A DNA stretch of 64,000 bases from an uncultured Acidobacteriota bacterium (GTDB taxonomy: Bacteria > Acidobacteriota > Thermoanaerobaculia > Multivoradales > UBA5704), in assembly GCA_963700145.1 (NCBI GenBank), contig OY969474.1:4224001-4288000 (forward strand), in the 5' to 3' direction. Made by a program: the position numbers and the translations under genes. Below are positions 59,470 to 64,000 of the stretch, one piece after another. The stretch's first letter is position 1. Each line of letters starts with the position of its first letter. The notes under the pieces were generated by a model, which saw only the letters and a program-made list of their open reading frames with translations, had not been told where the DNA came from and made no database searches.

Positions 59470-59793
59470 GTGAGCACAGAGACTCCCACCACCATGGCGG
59501 TCGAGATCTTTGGCGCCACGTATCACGTGCGGGGCGGCGACGACAGCGGCGACCTCCAGGAGCTGGCCCGGGTCGTGGACGGCAGGATGCGCGAGCTCGC
59601 CTCGCACGCCTCCACCAGCGATCCGGCGCGGCTGGCCATTCTCGTGGCGCTCAACCTGGCCGACGAGCTGTCGCGCGCCCGCAAACAGCAGGAAGGGGAA
59701 CGGGTCGAGATCAGGGAGAAGATGGCGGAGCTGGCCAGGGGGCTGGAAGCGGCCCTCGAGCGTGAAGGCCGCGGCGCCGCCGACTTGGGATAA
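59470..59793 (+). CDS. zapA: Cell division protein ZapA
   Basis: VEIFGATY, LARVVDGRMREL, LAILVALNLADEL; lies upstream of 6S RNA and rny. Confidence 0.9.
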   Translation: MSTETPTTMAVEIFGATYHVRGGDDSGDLQELARVVDGRMRELASHASTSDPARLAILVALNLADELSRARKQQEGERVEIREKMAELARGLEAALEREGRGAADLG

Positions 59794-59806
59794 CATGAGC
59801 GAGTTT

Positions 59807-59989
59807 GCATCCCCTGTGTGGTTTGTGACGGGTTCAACGGTTTTAGAACCAACACGAATCACAAGGGAGTCTTTATCTACGGGACTGTGCCTGCCTCGCA
59901 CCGACGAGGACGCTAATGGCTCGTAGAGCGGACACCCACCTGACGCGCAGGTTCTAACGCGCCAGCCCCCACGGCTGCGCGGGGGATGC
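59807..59989 (+). ncRNA. ssrS: 6S RNA
   Basis: About 183 nt with pairing ends GCATCCCC/GGGGATGC, internal GAACC/GGTTC pairing and CCCACC motif; typical zapA-ssrS-rny position. Confidence 0.85.
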
Positions 59990-60068
59990 CTTAACTCTCC
60001 TCTTCCGGGGATCTCCCGATCCCGGCCGGGCCCCTCCTGTTCGTCGAATCGAACAGGGGGATGATCCG

Positions 60069-61634
60069 GTGGAAACCGAACTGATCCTGGCCGCGGCGCT
60101 GGTCTTCGCCGGCGTCGTCGTGCCGTTGGTCTGGTGGCTGCTGATGCGGCGGGCGGGCAAGCGGGTGCTCGCCGAGGCCAAGCGCCAGGCCGCCAAGGCC
60201 CTCGAGGAGGCCGAGCGCGACCGCGAGGCGCACCTCCGCGAGGCCGAGCTCGCCGCCAAGGAGAAGCTCCTCCAGGCGCGCAGCGAGTTCGAGAGCGCGT
60301 CGCGCAAGCGGCGCAGCGAGCTCGAGCAGCTCGAGCGGCGGCTGACCCAGAAGGAAGACAACCTCGACAAGCGGACGGGGGAGCTCGCGGGGCGCGAGAA
60401 GGAGCTCAACCAGCAGGAGCGCTCGCAGGTGACGCGCGAGAAGGAGATCGTGCGCCTGGAAGGCGAGCTGACGGCGGCGGTGGCCGAGCAGCGCGGGCGC
60501 CTGGAGCAGATCGCCGGCCTGACCGCCCAGCAGGCGCGCGACGAGCTGATCAAGGGGCTCGAGGACGAGGCGCGGGTCGAGGCGGCGCACATCGTCAAGC
60601 GCCTGGAGGACGAGGCGCGCGAGAGCGCCCACAAGCAGGCGCAGAGGATCATCGGCATGGCGGTGCAGCGCGCCGCCTCCGACTACGTCGCGGAGACCAC
60701 GGTCTCGGTCGTCATGCTCCCCTCCGACGAGATGAAGGGGCGGATCATCGGCCGCGAGGGGCGGAACATCCGCACCCTGGAGGCGGCGACGGGGGTGGAC
60801 CTGATCGTCGACGACACCCCCGAGGCGGTCATCCTCTCGGGCTTCGACCCCTACCGCCGGGAGGTGGCGCGGGTCTCCCTCGAGCGCCTGATCGCCGACG
60901 GCCGCATCCACCCGGCGCGCATCGAGGAGGTCGTCGAGAAGGTCAAGGCGGAGTGCGAGCAGCAGATCCAGGCGGAGGGGGAGGCGGCGCTTTTGGAGCT
61001 GGCGATCGCCGGCATGCACCCGGAGCTGGTCAAGCTCCTCGGGCGCCTGCGCTTCCGCACCTCCTACGGCCAGAACGTCCTCCAGCACAGCAAGGAGGTC
61101 GCGTTTTTGGCCGGCACCATGGCGGCCGAGCTCAAGGCCAACGTCCAGGTGGCGCGCCGCGGCGGCATCCTGCACGACATCGGCAAGGCGATCGACCGCG
61201 AGATGGACGGCACGCACCTGCAGATCGGCATGGACCTGATGCGCAAGTACGGCGAGAGCGAGGATGTGGTCCACGCCATGGCCTGCCACCACGGCGACTA
61301 CGACCCGCAGACCGTGGAGGCCGTCCTGGTGACGGCGGCCGACGCCCTCTCGGCGGCGCGGCCGGGGGCGCGGCGCGAGATCCTCGAGACCTACGTCAAG
61401 CGGCTGGAGAAGCTCGAGGAGATCGCCGGCGGCTTCAAGGGCGTGCAGAAGACCTACGCCATCCAGGCCGGGCGGGAGATCCGCATCATCGTCGACAGCG
61501 GCAAGATCGGCGACGAGCAGGCGCTCTGGCTGTCGAAGGACATCGCGCGGCGGATCGAGGCCGAGCTGACCTATCCGGGCCAGATCAAGGTGACGGTCAT
61601 CCGGGAGACGCGCTCGGTCGAGTACGCTCGGTGA
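60069..61634 (+). CDS. rny: Ribonuclease Y
   Basis: N-terminal TM, coiled coil, [13 protein letters not shown] (KH), TSYGQN, LHDIGK (HD), ARPGARRE. Confidence 0.97.
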   Translation: METELILAAALVFAGVVVPLVWWLLMRRAGKRVLAEAKRQAAKALEEAERDREAHLREAELAAKEKLLQARSEFESASRKRRSELEQLERRLTQKEDNLDKRTGELAGREKELNQQERSQVTREKEIVRLEGELTAAVAEQRGRLEQIAGLTAQQARDELIKGLEDEARVEAAHIVKRLEDEARESAHKQAQRIIGMAVQRAASDYVAETTVSVVMLPSDEMKGRIIGREGRNIRTLEAATGVDLIVDDTPEAVILSGFDPYRREVARVSLERLIADGRIHPARIEEVVEKVKAECEQQIQAEGEAALLELAIAGMHPELVKLLGRLRFRTSYGQNVLQHSKEVAFLAGTMAAELKANVQVARRGGILHDIGKAIDREMDGTHLQIGMDLMRKYGESEDVVHAMACHHGDYDPQTVEAVLVTAADALSAARPGARREILETYVKRLEKLEEIAGGFKGVQKTYAIQAGREIRIIVDSGKIGDEQALWLSKDIARRIEAELTYPGQIKVTVIRETRSVEYAR

Positions 61635-61665
61635 GGCGCGAAGGCTTTCGCGCCGGGCTCCGATC
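61634..61665. repeat. 32-nt dispersed palindromic repeat, copy 2
   Basis: AGGCGCGAAGGCTTTCGCGCCGGGCTCCGATC; see 4193-4224. Confidence 0.7.
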
Positions 61666-61674
61666 GAGGCGCGC

Positions 61675-62466
61675 GTGAAGCTCCTCTTCGTCGGCGACGT
61701 CGTCGGCCGGCCCGGCCGGCGGGCGGTCGCCGAGATCCTGCCGCGCCTGGTGGACCGCCACCGCGCCGACTACGTGGTCGTCAACGTCGAGAACTCGGCC
61801 GGCGGCTTCGGGGTGACGCCCGAGGTGCTGGCGGAGCTCGACGAGGTGCTGCCGATCGACTGCTTCACCTCCGGCAACCACGTCTGGGACAAGAAGGAGG
61901 GGGTGGAGCTCCTCGCCCGCGAGCCACGGCTGCTGCGGCCGGCCAACTACCCCGACGGCAACCCGGGCAGCGGGCTCCACGTCGGCGAGACCGCGGCGGG
62001 GATCCCGGTGGCGACGATCAACCTCGAGGGCCGGGTCTTCATGACCGCCCTGGAGTCGCCCTTCGTCGTGGCCGATCGCCTCCTCGCCAAGCTCGACGGC
62101 CGCGTCAAGGTGGTGATGATCGACTTCCACGCCGAGGCCACGAGCGAAAAGCAGGCCCTGGCCTTCTACCTCGACGGCCGGGTGAGCGCGGTGTTGGGGA
62201 CGCACACTCACGTCCCCACCGCCGACGAGCGCGTATTGCCAGGCGGCACGGCGCTGATCACCGACGTCGGCATGACCGGCCCCTACGAGTCGATCATCGG
62301 CGTCCGCGTGGACAAGGTGCTGAAGCGGTTCCTCTTGCAGACGCCGTCGTCCTTCGAGGTAGCGAAGCGGGACGTGCGGCTGGCCGCCGTCGTCGTCGAC
62401 ATCGACGAGGAGACCGGCAAGGCGCGCGGAGTCGAGCGGCTGCTGATTCCCTTTACGGGCGAGTAG
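61675..62466 (+). CDS. ymdB: YmdB-like (TIGR00282) metallophosphoesterase
   Basis: GDVVG, NVENSAGG, TSGNH, DFHAEATSEK, GTHTHV, TDVGMTG; follows rny. Confidence 0.92.
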   Translation: MKLLFVGDVVGRPGRRAVAEILPRLVDRHRADYVVVNVENSAGGFGVTPEVLAELDEVLPIDCFTSGNHVWDKKEGVELLAREPRLLRPANYPDGNPGSGLHVGETAAGIPVATINLEGRVFMTALESPFVVADRLLAKLDGRVKVVMIDFHAEATSEKQALAFYLDGRVSAVLGTHTHVPTADERVLPGGTALITDVGMTGPYESIIGVRVDKVLKRFLLQTPSSFEVAKRDVRLAAVVVDIDEETGKARGVERLLIPFTGE

Positions 62467-62471
62467 CTGCC

Positions 62472-63245
62472 CTACACCGGCGCCGCGGCCCGCCGGGCCT
62501 CGCGCCAGAAGGCGACGAGGGTGGCTAGGGCGGCGAGGGTGAGGAGGACGCTGACGGCGACCGCTGCGGCGCCCAGGGCCGGGGAGGCGACGTAGAGGAG
62601 GTTGACGTCGGACCGCTCGGCCCAGGTGCGGAACTGTTCGGCCGGAGTCTCCAGGAAGACGTGGGCGAGGGTGGGGACGAGGAAGAGGACGGCGGCGAGG
62701 GCGACGCGCAGGCGCGGGTGGCGGCGGAGGGTGAGGAGCAGGGCGATCAGCGGGTAGACGAGGAGGCTCCAGGTGAAGGGCGTCACCTCGGGCCTGAAGG
62801 GCCAGCCGCTGTGGTCGAAGCGCAGGACGTGGTCGGCGTGGTGGAGGAGCCCGAGCCCGGCGGTCGCGAGGGCCAGCTTCTCGGCGCCGGAGAGCCCGGT
62901 GCGCCTCGCCGGCGCGGCGCGCGCGGCGTCCTCCCGCCGCCAGACGGGGAAGGAGGCGTCCTCCGCGCTCCCCATCGCCTTGATGAACGCCTCGTTGTCG
63001 AAGCCGGGGAGCGCCTGCAGGCGCTCGAGGAGCGCCGGCTCGCCGCTCGCGCCGAGCGGCACGACGCACTTGGCGCCGCCGCCTTCCAGCACCCAGAAGA
63101 CATCCGGCGCGAAGGGGCCGGCGCCGGTCGTCACCACCCGCACCGACTCCAGCGCGGCCCACGAGACGGCGTTGCGCCGGCCGCCCGGATCGACGCAGCC
63201 GGCGTCCTCTTCCGACAGCTCGACGCGGTAGTCGGCTTCGTTCAT
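62472..63245 (-). CDS. Hypothetical membrane protein (soluble N-domain + TM C-domain)
   Basis: GPFAPDVFW...LPGFDNEA N-domain; HHADHVLR...GWPF and hydrophobic helices. Confidence 0.65.
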   Translation of the reverse strand: MNEADYRVELSEEDAGCVDPGGRRNAVSWAALESVRVVTTGAGPFAPDVFWVLEGGGAKCVVPLGASGEPALLERLQALPGFDNEAFIKAMGSAEDASFPVWRREDAARAAPARRTGLSGAEKLALATAGLGLLHHADHVLRFDHSGWPFRPEVTPFTWSLLVYPLIALLLTLRRHPRLRVALAAVLFLVPTLAHVFLETPAEQFRTWAERSDVNLLYVASPALGAAAVAVSVLLTLAALATLVAFWREARRAAAPV

Positions 63246-63278
63246 CGCTCCATCCTACCCGGCGCTCGGAAGCGCCGC

Positions 63279-64000
63279 TCAGGGACTCCGCAGCAGGAGA
63301 TACCCCTCGCTCGCGTCGGGGTCGCGGGCGACCTCGACGAGCGGCAGGGGGCCGCCGCGGAGCTTGGCGAGGTCGTCGCGCTGGGCGAGGAGCCAGACGC
63401 GGCCGGGGCGGGCGGCGAAGCGGCGGAGCGCCTCCTCGCCCTCCAGCGGCACGGCGCGGCGGCGGCTGTAGAAGAGGAAGGTCGAGTCGAGACGCGGGTA
63501 GATGCCGTAGGTCTCGCCGGGCGCGAGCTTGGCGTCGAGCACTCGGGACAGCGGGCGGGCCGACTTGACAACGTCGAAGGCGGGGACGACGAAGAGGAAC
63601 GTCCCGAGCGCCATCGCCGCGGTGCCGGCGGCGAGCGCGGCGGCGCCGTGCAGCGGCCGGCCGCGCAGCGCCAGGAGCCAGGCGGCGACGGCGCCGGCGG
63701 CGAGGAGGCCGAGCGCCGCGGTGAGCTTCCAGACCAGCGCCTCGCCGCCCAGGACCGCCACCTCGTCCGCCCGCCGCGCCGCTACCGGCGGCACCGCCGC
63801 GGCGAGCAGCACGCAGAGGGCGGCGAGCGCGCCGAGCGAGCCGGCGATCCACCGCCGGTCGCGCGGCCAGGCCGCGGCCGCCCGGTCGAGCGCCGCGCCG
63901 ACGAGAAGCGCCAGCGCCGGGTACATGGTGAGGATGTAGACGGTCCGCTTGGCGCTCGACAGGCTGAAGAAGAGGACCGTCACCACGACCCAGCACAAGG
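63279..64000 (-). CDS. ArnT/GT39-like membrane glycosyltransferase, 3' part
   Basis: FFSLSSAKRTVYILTMYPALAL, VKSARP motifs; starts beyond the window. Confidence 0.8.
   Translation of the reverse strand, partial: LCWVVVTVLFFSLSSAKRTVYILTMYPALALLVGAALDRAAAAWPRDRRWIAGSLGALAALCVLLAAAVPPVAARRADEVAVLGGEALVWKLTAALGLLAAGAVAAWLLALRGRPLHGAAALAAGTAAMALGTFLFVVPAFDVVKSARPLSRVLDAKLAPGETYGIYPRLDSTFLFYSRRRAVPLEGEEALRRFAARPGRVWLLAQRDDLAKLRGGPLPLVEVARDPDASEGYLLLRSP

Overview
High-GC bacterial DNA that looks like Acidobacteriota (probably Thermoanaerobaculia), inferred from gene content only: CRTAC1/ASPIC-UnbV proteins, Oar-like TonB receptor, acidobacterial VWA proteins, short PheT. Left part (1-30.7 kb): envelope/TPR genes, a small accessory patch (21-bp tandem array, PIN toxin-antitoxin pair) and six tandem secreted VWA paralogues. 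Middle: two tRNA-Val genes and thrS-infC-rpmI-rplT-pheS-pheT. A ~20-kb variable region (38-58 kb) follows, holding an IS1595 transposase, a decayed HTH-ImmA/IrrE plus PIN pair, a toxin-antitoxin cluster, a second 21-bp array with a small helical protein, and a secreted DPxG-ending peptide between two zinc-finger/TPR genes. It ends in a lower-GC cassette encoding a TIR-Nudix fusion, SAM methyltransferase, Nudix hydrolase, NDP kinase and a kinase-fold protein; this cassette is the best candidate for an undescribed nucleotide-based defence or signalling system. Right part: pyrD, zapA-6S RNA-rny-ymdB. Single-base frameshifts occur even in essential genes (pheT, rplT), so many apparent frameshifts are probably sequencing errors. 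All family assignments come from recognising motifs by eye, not from searches.
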